From the NCBI RefSeq assembly GCF_902713615.1, contig NC_052171.1, positions 22,852,324-22,916,323 of the forward strand: a DNA stretch of 64,000 nt, read 5' to 3'. Every line of letters starts with the position of its first letter. The first letter of the stretch is position 1. This document shows, piece by piece, positions 12,398-25,044 of the stretch. The notes under the pieces were generated by a model that was given only the letters and a program-made list of their open reading frames with translations, was not told the DNA's origin and made no database searches. Origin of the DNA: Scyliorhinus canicula (lineage: Eukaryota). Both the position numbers and the translations under genes were made by a program.

Positions 12398-14419
12398 ATA
12401 TTGGTTAATCCCTGTTGATGCTTTCCGATCCTGCCGCTATTTTCTCTGCTCTGCTATAAAATCTTTTACAATGGACTCTTGCATTTTCCCCACTATTGAT
12501 TTACTGGTCCAGAATTCCCTCTTCCCTCTCTATCTCCCTTTTTTTAAATAGTGGGGTTATCTCTTCATATCTTTGAGAAGTAAAAGTTCATTAACCTCAG
12601 ATTTAACCTTGGCGGAAAAGAGTTTGAAACTTCTGCCAGCCTGTTTTTAAAATTTAACACTTGATTTAATCCTTGACTCCCCAGACAGTGGAAATAGTTT
12701 ATCCCTCTCTACTCCTCCTGCTGTCTCGAGATCTTGCATCATATCATCTCCTGACCATCTTAACCCCAGGGAACACAACCCCAGTCTGCTGGCCCTTTCC
12801 ACCAAAGATCACCCTTGGAGTCGACGTATTATCCTTGGTGAATCTGCACTGCACCACCTCCCAGGCCAATAATATATCCTTCAGAACTGCCCACATTACT
12901 CTAGATGCTGTCTACTCGGGGCCGTGTAGAGCTGCCATTGTCTGCGAAACCCACTCTGTAGATTGGCTATGAAGACCACAGGACGTTTGCCACAGAAGAG
13001 CAGGGCATTCCCCCTGGCGTCCTGGTCAATATGTCTCACTGATGTATTTTATTGTTGCCTCACTGTGTGTGGGAGCTTGCTATGCTCCTACTAAGTGAAA
13101 AGACAAGCTGGAAAATGCTTGTGACGGTCCTGAGCTACACCCTGACTTCAATGCGGGCACTCCCAGGGCCGGTGTGCAGCAGAGAAATATTCTTCTGTCA
13201 CTTGGCCAACAGAATAGTTTCGCTTTATCTGTCTCACTTGAATTTTCATTTCCTGATTGCAGTCAGTCCCTGTTGCAAAGGTTATTGTCCCTCGCTGTGT
13301 GAATTCTGCCCGTGACCATCCCCTTGGAGCGCCCGCCCTCTGACAGTCACAGTTGTGCTGGGGTTCAAGCGATTTGATTTTTAAAACGTTCCCCCCACCC
13401 CACCCCCTTCCAGTTCGTCCTTTTTGCCTATCCTGACCAGGGAAGGAGTTGTGTCCAAACATTTGGTTTGATCAAATGCGTGAACTCGCCGCAATTCACA
13501 AGGGATCGTTGGTAATGAGGAGAAACTCTGATGGTAAAGATCCCACGACACTATTGGAAGAAGAGAAGGAGAGTTCACCCCAGTACCCTGGTTAATATTT
13601 CTGCTGAAACCAGACGCCTTATCATTATAAAAGAGCTGCGTTTGGGATCTTGCTGTGCACAACTTGGCTGCCACCTTTCCTGCAGCAGTGACGCCAGTTC
13701 AAAGAGAACTTCATTGGCTGTCAAGCATCTGGCGGTTAGAGAAGCTGCTACCGAGAATCACAATTCTTTCTTGTGTATGTACTCACGAGGTCGTCAGGAA
13801 TGTACCTGTCGATCATAATGGGCTTGTAAAATACCTTTTGGTGTTCTCCGGAGTTCTAGGTGTGTGTCGATGAACCTGATAGAGTGGGTCCTTCTACCCT
13901 GAGCTGCAGGTTGAGGAGGGGCCGGGGGTGTGAGCAACATTGGGGAAGGAATGCGAGGTACATTGGAGGCCTGTTCAACTTGGTTTGAAGTTGGTGATTG
14001 ATTGATCATGTGGATAGTGCTGGTCTTGATGGAGGCTCCAGACACGGGGTATCCGCAGGAATTTAAACCAATGAATGTGGAGCGTCCTGTGGAATAATGA
14101 CGGAAACAGATTTGACTGAGTGAGACATGGGGAGCAGCGTAATTGAAATTTAACTCCATCAGAATATTAACTTGACGACAAGGAGACATCTGTTGGTCGA
14201 AGAGAAGTGAGGCTTGTTGGATAGCCCTTTCAAAGAGCTGTGCTGACATGATGGACGAGATAGCCGTCTCCTGTACTGATCTTCCTCGGAACACGCCTTG
14301 AGTTGAAACATAGATCAACCATAATCTAATGGAATAGAAGAGCTTGTTGGGGCTGAAGGTTGCCCTCATTCTTTCCCTCTCTATTGCAGTTACAGGTAAG
14401 GAACAGTACGCCATCATTG

Positions 14420-15685
14420 GCATTCTGCCCGACCTGTGTCGATGACTCTGTCGGTGCTGCTTCAGGTTCCCGTCTGGACTTGGGAATATTTATTCATCTC
14501 GCTTCCAATTTCCACCCCTCTATTACCTTTGCATGGACCGTTCCCAACATTTCCCTTCCCTTCCTTGAGCTTTCTATCTCCATTTCTGTCCACTAGTACC
14601 CATTACAAACCCACTGACTCCCACAGCTACCTCAACTACAGCTCTTCACGCCCCACACCCTGTAAGGACTCCCATTCTCCCAGTTCCTTCGCCTCCGTTA
14701 CATCTGCTCCGATGATGCTACTTTCCAAAACGGTGTTGCTTACATGTCTCCACTCTTCCTTAGTTGTGGTTTCCCACCCACAGGGCTCTCAACCGTGTCC
14801 CACCCAACTCCCCACCCTGCCTCTCAGCCTTTCCCCTCCCTCCCAGAGCCAGGATAGGGCCCACTTGTCCTCACTTTTCATCCACCAGCTTCCGCATTCA
14901 CAGAACCATCCTCCGCCAGTTCCACCAACTCCAGCATTATGCCACAACCAAATTTACCTCCTCCCTGCTCTCCATCCCAGGACCAAGACACGCTTTCCAA
15001 GTGAGGCAGAGCTGCACGTGCACCTCCTTCAATCTGGTCTATTACATTCGCTGCTCCCAGTGCCGCCTACTCTACATTGGAGAGACTAAACGCAGACTGG
15101 GTGACCGCTTTGCAGAACACCTCCGGTCTGTCGGCAAGCAGGACCCAGACCTTCCTGTCGCTGCCGTTTCAGCTCCCCGTCCTGCTCTCACGGCCACTTG
15201 TCCGACCTTGGCCTGCTGCAATGTTCCAGTGAAGCCCAGCGCAAACTGGAGGAACAGCACCTCATCTTCCGAAGGGGAACGTTACAGCCTTCCGGACTTA
15301 ACATCGAGTTCCACAACTTCAGCCTGTGAACTGTGTCCTCCATCTGTCCCCTGTTTAACTTGTCCTTTGACTTGTCCTTACCTTTGTTCCGGCAGTAACA
15401 CGTTCTGATCTCTTAATGTGCCACGACCAGCCCCTTCTTAGTGAGTATCATCACCATTTACATTCCCTCTGTCTTTCTCTCCAAGGCATCTTTGTCAATC
15501 ACCACCTATCACTGGCCCCCTATCCAGCCCCAGCTCTCCCCTCCCACAACAGTATCAATCTGACCCTATTTCCACTTCACTCCAGCTTTGTTATCCACAC
15601 TGGAAGAAACACGAGCTCCCTTCTCTCTCTACAGATGCTGTCAGACCTGCTGGGAATGTCCAGCATTTTCTATTTTTGCTTTAAA
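14420..15685 (+). mobile_element. decayed Penelope-like retroelement (RT end, GIY-YIG endonuclease, pLTR)
   Basis: YKPTDSHSYLNYSS and NLVYYIRCSQCRLLYIGETKRRLGDRFAEHLRSV; frameshifted. Confidence 0.9.
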
Positions 15686-16390
15686 AAAAAATCTCGTCAC
15701 TTTTTTTCACACACAGAAGAACAGGGACGGCTACAGAGCTGTGTCTAAAATGGAGAAGGCAGGCAATAGGGTGGATCAGAAGAGATTTTGTTTCACACAG
15801 AGGGCTGTGAGACCCTGAGCTCGATTCCTGGAGCTGGTGAGAGGGCATCATTGAAGAGCACGTTCGACAGATGATGAAGGAATAAAGGGATCTGGAAAGA
15901 GCACGGGCTGGGCGTTGTTTATTGGGGATAGACACCAGCCACAAATTGGCTGGACCAATGGAATTTCTTTGTGCGCCAGCATTTTGTTCATTCAATGTAC
16001 CTTTTATTGAAATGCAGCTCTTAAAACAGGTATGAACACAGCTCAGTCAGAACAAGGTGTGTCGACAGTTGGGTGCTGTTGGAGCGAGGAGAGAGGGCAG
16101 GGAGGAAATCTGAGCCCAGAGGTTCAACAAAGTTATCTTTTCTGTGTGTGGGAGACAAATAAAAATGATTGGAATGCCCTGGCGTTGAATGAACATTGGC
16201 AGTCCAGACTGACGAAACCATGTTACAGTCGGAGTTTCTCTCCAGCGCCCAACTCTGCCTCCGTGCTCCATTCACCTCCTTTTGTTCTCCCTCCTCTGGC
16301 TGTTCTTTTTTAAAGATTAACCTTGTGAAGCTCCCCAGTTCTGCCCCGCTCTCTTTTGTCTGTGTTTTTAATTTGTCTTGTCCTCCCCAG

Positions 16391-16468
16391 AATGCATCTG
16401 GACGCGATGACCTTAATGAAGCTGAACCCCCTAGGAAACTTGTATTGGAAAAGAACACATTTAATCAG
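16391..16468 (+). CDS. BTRC: beta-TrCP-like gene, first identifiable coding exon (NASGRDDLNEAEPPRKLVLEKNTFNQ)
   Basis: ccccAG acceptor and CAG/GTGACG donor; 78 nt, phase 0-0; matches recalled human BTRC NSSEREDCNNGEPPRKIIPEKNSLRQ. The symbol names the nearest human gene; orthology is uncertain. Confidence 0.88.
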
Positions 16469-17082
16469 GTGACGATTCAACTCTGCACTGCGGCTGACAA
16501 GGAGTGATTTATTTTAGAGTTGCCCGCCTCCACCAACCTCATTGAACCGCTCTGAAAACACAACCACATTCGAGAATGCGGAGTTGGGATTGTGGAACGT
16601 CCATCAGTTTTAGCGGCATCCCTCGGGGTGAAATCTGCAAAAACCAGTGCAACCCATGATCAGGGAGCTGGACGTGTTGTTGATGTGAACCTTTCCACTG
16701 CCTCACTCCCATTGCAATAACCAGGATGGTCAGTTACCTCCCCATTGTGGCCATCTTCAAATTGAGCTCCTTTCCTCAGAGCCCCAGCCTCACTTTGCAA
16801 CCTCCTCCAGCCATATTCTGCCCCAACTCTCTGCCGCTCGAACTCTCGCCTCTTGTGTATTCCCCGCACCCCCTTCTTCTCCCGCTCCACCAGTGCCATC
16901 AGCCCTCTGAACCCCATCTGTCCTTCAGTCCTTGAACCCCCTCACCCTACCTGAGTCACTCCCCACCCTTCCAGCTCCCTCCCTCCCTTGGGTTAGTTTC
17001 TACGCTGGAGCCCGTCGGTAAATACAAACAAAAAGTTCTGTGCCGAATCTCGACTCTCTTTAAAATTCTTATTCCTTTGCAG

Positions 17083-17314
17083 ACTAAACTCAGCAATGGC
17101 ACGTCAAGCATGATATCAGCCAAGCAACGTGCAGCTTCTAATAGTTATGAGACACAGAAAGAGCAGTGTGTGAAATACTTTGACCAGTGGACAGAAACCG
17201 ACCAGGTGGAGTTCGTCGAGAACTTGATATCCCGAATGTGTCACTATCAGCACGGTCACATCAACTCTTACCTGAAGCCAATGCTGCAGAGGGACTTTAT
17301 CACAGTCCTCCCAG
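17083..17314 (+). CDS. BTRC: beta-TrCP-like exon: D (dimerisation) domain and start of F-box
   Basis: [11 protein letters not shown]...[37 protein letters not shown]; ttgcAG / GTACGT; 232 nt. Confidence 0.97.
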
Positions 17315-18476
17315 GTACGTGGCCAGAGGAGAGGAGGTACGGGGGGACCAGAAGGGGTTCAGCGCACTCACGTGGAGCTCAGTACGTCACCCAGTCAAGG
17401 GCGTCTGTGCCGGCTCTTTAGCAAATCCTGCCTCCCTGCTCTTTTCCCAAACACCATGCGCAATTCTTGCTCAAATTTCCTTCGACCTGCACGCTCTGAT
17501 TACCCGCACTCCTGCCTTGGGGAAACTGCTTCTCCCTATTTGATTTGGGAAACTCTTTGTAATTTTAGATACTGTGATAAAATCGCTCCTTCTCCTCCTG
17601 TGTTCCTCGAAGCACAATCTTACCCCCTCCAGCCTCCGCCATCGGACTGGACTTTAGTAATTCTCCTTGGCGCTCAGTTCCTCTCTCAAATGTGGGACCC
17701 GGGGTGTATATTTTTTTTCTTTCATGTGATTTGGACGTCGGTGTCTGGAACAGTTTTTATTGCCCATCCTTAACTTCCCTTGAGTGGGTATTTCAGAGTC
17801 AGGCACGTTGCTGTGGGTCTGGAGTGGCCTGTGGGCCAGACCAGGTAAGGACGGCAGATTTCCTTCCCGAAAGGACGTGATGGTTTACGACAGTGGACAA
17901 TGGATTCATGATCAGCGTTTCAGATACTTATTGAATTCAGATTTTGCCACCTGCAGTAGTGGCAATCGAAGCGAGTTCCCATGCATTCCCCTGGATCTCT
18001 GGGTTAGTTCCTGTGACAGTCCCACTGTACCAGTGCTGCAATGAATTGGGCACCCTGCTCCAGCGCAGGTCAACTGCGTTACTCCGTGCCTCCCGTTACA
18101 AAACCAATGCATCTGTTCCCCTTTTCACAATCTTATCAACATGACGAGACAGTGAGGGAATGTGTTTCCTCTCCCACAAACCCTTCTCTCCCCCCCAAGT
18201 TCCCTTGTGATCCTTTCCTGGGATTTGTGGATAAGCCTAATCGCTGCCGCGCGAGAATGTTTGTTTCAAGCGCTCGCTCATTGATAGAGACAGAGCTACG
18301 AATTGCTGAAATGTGTTCTCGAGCAGTGTGTTCATATCCCATGCTGGGAGGGATGTTTTCAAGTGAATGGTCTGCATCATTTCCTGTGCTGAAGTCTTTG
18401 AAAACCGGAAGTGGGGAATGACAAAGAGAGAGAGGCAGACATGGTTAATTGGTTTAAAGGGGAAATGGCAGTGAGT

Positions 18477-19366
18477 ACATAGAACATAGAACAGTACAGC
18501 ACAGAACAGGCCCTTCGGCCCTCAATGTTGTGCCGAGCCATGATCACCCTACTCAAACCCACGTATCCACCCTATACCCATAACCCAACAACCCCCCTCT
18601 TAACCTTACTTTTTTATTAGGACACTACGGGCAATTTAGCATGGCCAATCCACCTAACCCGCACATCTTTGGACTGTGGGAGGAAACCGGAGCACCCGGA
18701 GGAAACCCACGCAGACAGGGGGAGGACGTGCAGACTCCACACAGACAGTGACCCAGCCGGGAATCGAACCCGGGACCCTGGAGCTGTGAAGCATTTATGC
18801 TAATCACCATGCTACCCTGCTGGCAGTAGGGTGGTACTGGTTAGGGCGGCACAGCGGCAGAGTGGATAGCACTGCAGCCTCACAGAGCCAGGGTCCCGGG
18901 TTCGATTCCAGCTTCGGGTCACTGTCTGCGCGGAGTCTGCACGTTCTCCCCGTGTCTGCGTGGGTTTCCTCCGGGTGCTCCGGTTTCCTCCCACAGTTGT
19001 GCAGGTTGGGTGGGTGTTGGTGTGGAAAGGGCAGGGGAGTGCCATTCATCAACAGCTCTTTTATGGAGAGCTGGCACAACCTGGGTAGACCGAATTGCCT
19101 GCCTCTGTAACGTTTCTTTAACTCTAAAGTGAACGTTATAGTTTTTTTTAAATTTAGCGTACCCAATTCTTTTTTTCCAATTAAGGGGCAATTTAGCGTG
19201 GCCAATCCACCTACCCTGCACATCTTTGGGTTGTGGGGGTGAGACCCACGCAGACACGGGGAGAATGTGCAAACTCCACACGGAGACTGACCCAGAGCCG
19301 GGATTGAACCTGGGACCTCGGCGCCATGAGGCAGCAGGGCTAACCACTGCGCCACCCTGCTGCCCT
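18477..19366. mobile_element. SINE cluster: B(-) 18477-18820, B(+) 18844-18997, A(-) 19140-19366
   Basis: tRNA heads and V-domains; head-to-head arrangement. Confidence 0.88.
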
Positions 19367-19705
19367 AGTGAATATTATAGTTGAGGTGGATTAACTTTTG
19401 TTAACACAGGTTATTAGGTGACAGCAGGGAGTGTTGGGAATGTGGTCACAGATCAGCCCTCATCCCATTGAAGGGTGCAGGAAATTGGAGGGGCTGAACG
19501 GCCTCCTCTTCCAAAAGACACAAGGTACCCTCTGGCCAAAGCCCATTCTCATTCCCCGCCTCTGCGTGCCAGCAGGCCCTGCACCAACTCAGCACTGCTG
19601 TGTCGTTGCCACTTTGGCTGCCTTGAGTCCAGGTTTGGGCCAAGCCCTTGCTGGACCCGGGTTTAGCCGACCTGTTTTTCACTGTTTATGTCTTTGCTTG
19701 TGTAG

Positions 19706-19892
19706 CCCGTGGTCTGGATCACATTGCAGAGAACATCCTCTCGTTCCTGGATGCCCGGTCACTGTGTGCTGCTGAGCTTGTGTGTAAGGAATGGTATCGG
19801 GTGATCTCTGATGGAATGCTCTGGAAGAAACTGATGGAACGCATGGTGCGGACGGATTCCCTGTGGAAGGGGCTCTCCGAAAGGAGGGGATG
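19706..19892 (+). CDS. BTRC: beta-TrCP-like exon: F-box
   Basis: [42 protein letters not shown]...GLSERRGW; tgtAG / GTAAGG; 187 nt. Confidence 0.97.
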
Positions 19893-20039
19893 GTAAGGAT
19901 TGTGCTGCATTGATGCCTCCCAAGGGTGTGAATTCCAAGTTCCGGGAGTGATGACATCCCGAGTCCAGGTCCAGGAGTCTGGGTTCAGTCTCCCCACCGA
20001 GGCCCAATTACCTAATCTCAGCAACAACCCAGCCAATGG

Positions 20040-23000
20040 GGACCAAAGGTCACTGGGTAGCCAAGGGTCACTGGGTAGCCAAGGGTCACTGGGTAGCCAA
20101 GGGTCACTGGGTAGCCAAGGGTTACTGGGTAGCCAAGGGTCACTGGGTAGCCGTGGGTCACTGGGTAGCCAAGGGTCACTGGGTAGCCAAGGGTCACTGG
20201 GTAGCCAAGGGTCACTGGGTAGCCATGGGTCACTGGGTAGCCAAAGGTCAATGGGTAGCCAAAGGTCACTGGGTAACCAAGGGTCACTGGGTAGCCAAAG
20301 GTCACTGGGTAGCCAAAGGTCACTGGGTAGCCATGGGTCACTGGGTAGCCAAGGGTCACTCGGTAGCCAAAGGTCACTGGATAGCCAAGGGTCACTGGGT
20401 AGCCAAAGGTCACTGGGTAGCCATGGGTCACTGGGTAGCCAAGGGTCACTGGGTAGCCAAGGGTCACTGGGTAGCCAAGGGTCACTGGGTAGCCAAGGGT
20501 CACTGGGTAGCCAAGGGTCAAAGGGTAGCCAAAGGTCAATGGGTAGCCAAAGGTCACTGGGTAACCAAGGGTCACTGGGTAGCCAAAGGTCACTGGATAG
20601 CCACGGGTCACTGGGTGGCCAAGGGTCACTGGGTAGCCAAGGGTCACTGGGTAGCCAAGGGTCACTGGGTAGCCAAGGGTCACTGGGTAGCCAAGGGTCA
20701 CTGGGTAGCCAAGGGTCACTGGGTAGCCAAGGGTCATTGGGTAGCCAAGGATCACTGGGTAGCCAAGGGTCACTGGGTAGCCAAGGGTCACTGGGTAGCC
20801 AAAGGTCACTGGGTAGCCAAAGGTCACTGGGTAGCCAAAGGTCACTGGGTAGCCAACGGTCACTGGGTAGCCAAAGGTCACCCGGTAGCCAAAGGTCACT
20901 GGATAGCCAAGGGTCACTGGGTAGCCAACGGTCACTGGGTAGCCAAAGGTCACTTGGTAGCCAAGGGTCACTGGGTAGCCAAGGGTCACTGGGTAGCCAG
21001 GGGTCACTGGGTAGCCAAGGGTCACTCGGTAGCCACGGGTCACTGTGTAGCCAAGGGTCACTGGGTAGCCGTGGGTCACTGGGTAGCCACGGGTCACTGT
21101 GTAGCCAAGGGTCACTGGGTAGCCGTGGGTCATTCGGTAGCCACGGGTCACTGTGTAGCCAAGGGTCACTGGGTAGCCGAGGGTCACTGGGTAGCCGTGG
21201 GTCACTGGGTAGCCAAGGGTCACTGGATAGCCGTGGGTCACTGGGTAGCCAAGGGTCACTGGGTAGGGTCACTGGGTAGCCGTGGGTCACTCGGTAGCCA
21301 AGGGTCACTGGGTAGCCAAGGGTCACTGGGTAGGGTCACTGGGTAGCCGTGGGTCACTCGGTAGCCAAGGGTCACTGGGTAGCCAAGGGTCACTAGGTAG
21401 CCAAGGGTCACTGGGTAGCCAAGGGTTACTGGGTAGGGTCACTGGATAGCCGTGGGTCACTGGGTAGCCAAGTGTCACTGGGTAGCCAAGGGTCACTGGG
21501 TAGGGTCACTGGATAGCCGTGGGTCACTGGGTAGCCAAGGGTCACTGGGTAGCCAAGGGTCACTGGGTAGCCAAGGGTCACTGGGTAGCCATGGGTCACT
21601 GGGTAGCCAAAGGTCACTGGGTAGCCAAGGGTCACTGGGTAGCGAAAGGTCACTGGGTAGCCAAGGGTCACTGGGTAGCCAAAGGTCACTGGGTAGCCAA
21701 CGGTCACTGGGTAGCCAAGGGTCACTGGGTAGCCAAAGGTCACTGGATAGCCACGGGTCACTGAGTGGCCAAGGGTCACTGGGTAGCCAAGGGTCACTGG
21801 GTAGGGTCACTGGGTAGCCAAGGGTCACTGGGTAGCCATGGGTCACTGGGTAGCCAAAGGTCACTGGGTAGCCAACGGTCACTGGGTAGCCAAGGGTCAC
21901 TGGGTAGCCGTGGGTCACTGGGTAGCCAAGGGTCACTGGGTAGCCGTGGGTCACTGGGTAGCCGTGGGTCACTGGGTAGCCAAGGGTCACTGGGTAGGGT
22001 CACTGGGTAGGCAAAGGTCATTGGGTAACCAAGGGTCACTGGGTAGCCAAAGGTCACTGGATAGCCACGGGTCACTGGGTGGCCAAGGGTCATTGGGTAG
22101 CCAAGGATCACTGGGTAGCCAAGGGTCACTGGGTAGCCAAGGGTCACTGGGTAGCCAAGGGTCACTGGGTAGCCAAAGGTCACTGGGTAGCCAAAGGTCA
22201 CTGGGTAGCCAAAGGTCACCTGGTAGCCAAGGGTCACCGGGTAGCCAAGGGTCACTGGGTAGCCAAAGGTCACTCGGTAGCCAAAGGTCACTGGGTAGCC
22301 AACGGTCACTCGGTAGCCAAAGGTCACTGGATAGCCAAGGGTCACTGGGTAGCCAAAGGTCACTTGGTAGCCAAGGGTCACTGGGTAGACAAAGGTCACG
22401 ATAGCCAAGGGTCACTGGGTAGACAAAGGTCACGATAGCCAAGGGTCACTGGGTAGACAAAGGTCACGATAGCCAAGGGTCACTGTGTATCCGTGGGTCA
22501 CTGGGTAGCCAAAGGTCACTGGGTAGGGTCACTGGGTAGCTATGGGTCACTGGGTAGCCGTAGGCCACTGGGTAGCCAAGGGCCACTGGGTAGCCACGGG
22601 TCACTGGGTAGGGTCACTGGGTAGCCAAAGGTCACTGGGTAGGGTCACTGGGTAGCCAAAGGTCACTGGGTAGGGTCACTGGGTAGCCAAGGGTCACTGG
22701 GTAGGGTCACTGGGTAGCCAAAGGTCACTGGATAGCCGTGGGTCACTGGGTAGCCAAGGGTCACTGGGTAGCCAAGGGTCACTGGGTAGGGTCACTGGGT
22801 AGCCAAGGGTCACTGGGTAGCCATGGGTCACTGGGTAGCCAAAGGTCACTGGGTAGCCAAGGGTCACTGGGTAGCCAAGGGTCACTGGGTAGCCAAGGGT
22901 CACTGGGTAACCAAGGGTCACTGGGTAGCCAAAGGTCACTGGGTAGCCAAGGGTCACTGGGTAGCCAAGGGTCACTGGGTAACCAAGGGTCACTGGGTAG

Positions 23001-23670
23001 CCAACGGTCACTGGGTAGCCAACGGTCACTGGGTAGCCAAGGGTCACTGGGTAGCCAAAGGTCACTGGGTAGCCAAGGGTCACTGGGTAGCCATGGGTCA
23101 CTGGGTAGCCAAGGGTCACTGGGTAGCCAAGGGTCACTGGGTAGCCAAAGGTCACTGGGTAGCCAAGGGTCACTGGGTAGCCAACGGTCACTGGGTAGCC
23201 AAGGGTCACTGGGTAGCCAAGGGTCACTGGGTAGCCAAGGGTCACTGGGTAGCCAAGGGTCACTGGGTAGCCATGGGTCACTGGGTAGCCAAGGGTCACT
23301 GGGTAGGGTCACTGGGTAGCTAAGGGTCACTGGGTAGGGTCACTGGGTAGCCAAGGGTCACTGGGTAGCCAAGGGTCACTGGGTAGCCAACGGTCACTGG
23401 GTAGCCAACGGTCACTGGGTAGCCAAGGGTCACTGGGTAGCCAAGGGTCACTGGGTAGCCAAAGGTCACTGGGTAGCCATGGGTCACTGGGTAGCCAAGG
23501 GTCACTGGGTAACCAAGGGTCACTGGGTAGCCATGGGTCACTGGGTAGCCAAAGGTCACTGGGTAGCCAAGGGTCACTGGGTAGCCATGGGTCACTGGGT
23601 AGCCAAGGGTCACTGGATAGCCAAGGGTCACTGGGTAGCCAAGGGTCACTGGGTAGCCAACGGTCACTGG
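20040..23670. repeat. 18-bp minisatellite GGGTCACTGGGTAGCCAA, ~200 copies, with 13-bp variant units
   Basis: direct tandem periodicity; intronic. Confidence 0.97.
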
Positions 23671-25044
23671 AGAGCAGTCAGCCAACTGAAAATGCACAGT
23701 CCTTTTCAGTCGATGCACTCTGCTGTGATGGTTCCTACAGTGCAATATCCTGCTGATGCTGCTGTTCATTGTAGACGCACAGTTACTGGGTCCCTCAACA
23801 GGATTGAGCACAGCAAAGTGAGGATATGAAACTTACAGGTGGGGAAGTTAATTAAATCTCTCCCTCCATCTTTTGGACCCACAGGATTTTCTTGTGTGAG
23901 ATTATCAATCATTTGGGTGGAGAGAGGTGAATTTATCTTGAGGTGGTTCAGGAGACCCATGCCTCCTGAGAGAATTTGTTACACAAAATGCCAGCTGAAA
24001 CTTTTTTTGAGATGCCCGCTTAACTGAAGAACCAAACACATGGCGAAGACAGTGTGTCCACAGTTATGCGAACAGGGGTGTGTCGGGAAAAAAAGACATG
24101 CACGTTTCTTTCACACCTCACCTTGCCCATTTCCCAACGTGCTGCCCACAACAAGTCACTCTGCTTTGAAATGATGTGGCACCCATTCTGGGCACAAGCA
24201 ACATCCCACAAGCAGCAACACAACAAACAGCCGATTACTCTTTGGCAATGTTGATTTGAAATGTTGCCACAAGATATCCTGGAGTGGAAAATGGCTGTCA
24301 GAGAGTCAGATCCTTCTGTCTGCATCTCTTGTTCCAAGCCTCAATGAGCCCTGACTACTGGATTGGGGTTTGTAACTTCATAAACTCTACTAATTTACAA
24401 GAAAATAATATCTGCTGACAATATTTTCTGTGAGAAGCAGTTGATGGTGTGCGAGACCTGATTCGCTGCTCAGCTGTACTTGCTGCCTGGAGTGGGAGAG
24501 ACAGAGAGAGTTCAGGAGCCAACATTAGCAGCTCGTTGACTGCTTCATCCCAAGTTCTGGTTGCGTACACTGACCACTGTTGCACAAACATTTGGTGAAG
24601 GAATCGAGATGTAAAGAACAGCAGATTAAAGTTCTGCATATGTTTCTCCATCTTTTGCTCCAACGGACAATGTGCGAAGCCAATCCTCCCAGTTAGCAAG
24701 CAGAGATTTATTTTATGTAACTTTAATTATCTGCTAAGAGTGGATGAAGAAAGTATTATTTATTTATCTGAACCGAAATCTCCCACGGGTTTGAAAGGGA
24801 TCTCTTAACGGAGAGGTGTTCGTCTCCTCCACGTCCAACCCTTCGATCTGTTTTACCTATTTCTCCTGAGCGAGGATGTTCAGATGCACCTGTGTGTCTG
24901 TATATAATCTGTGACCAGATTGATGATTTATCATGCTTCACAGAATGACATGTAGTGACGGTGATCCCAGTTAGTCACAGCTGTGCTCGGACACACAGCT
25001 CTGGGCTAACCACTTCCTCACAGATTGGGGAGTGTCCGCAGTAA

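Noticed and set aside
13794-14423. 209-aa minus-strand ORF
   Set aside because: No recognisable motif or splice support; probably chance
19719-23829. 400-535-aa ORFs (SDPWLP, GSLGSQ, VAKGHW repeats)
   Set aside because: Artefacts of an 18-bp intronic minisatellite that is open in several frames on both strands
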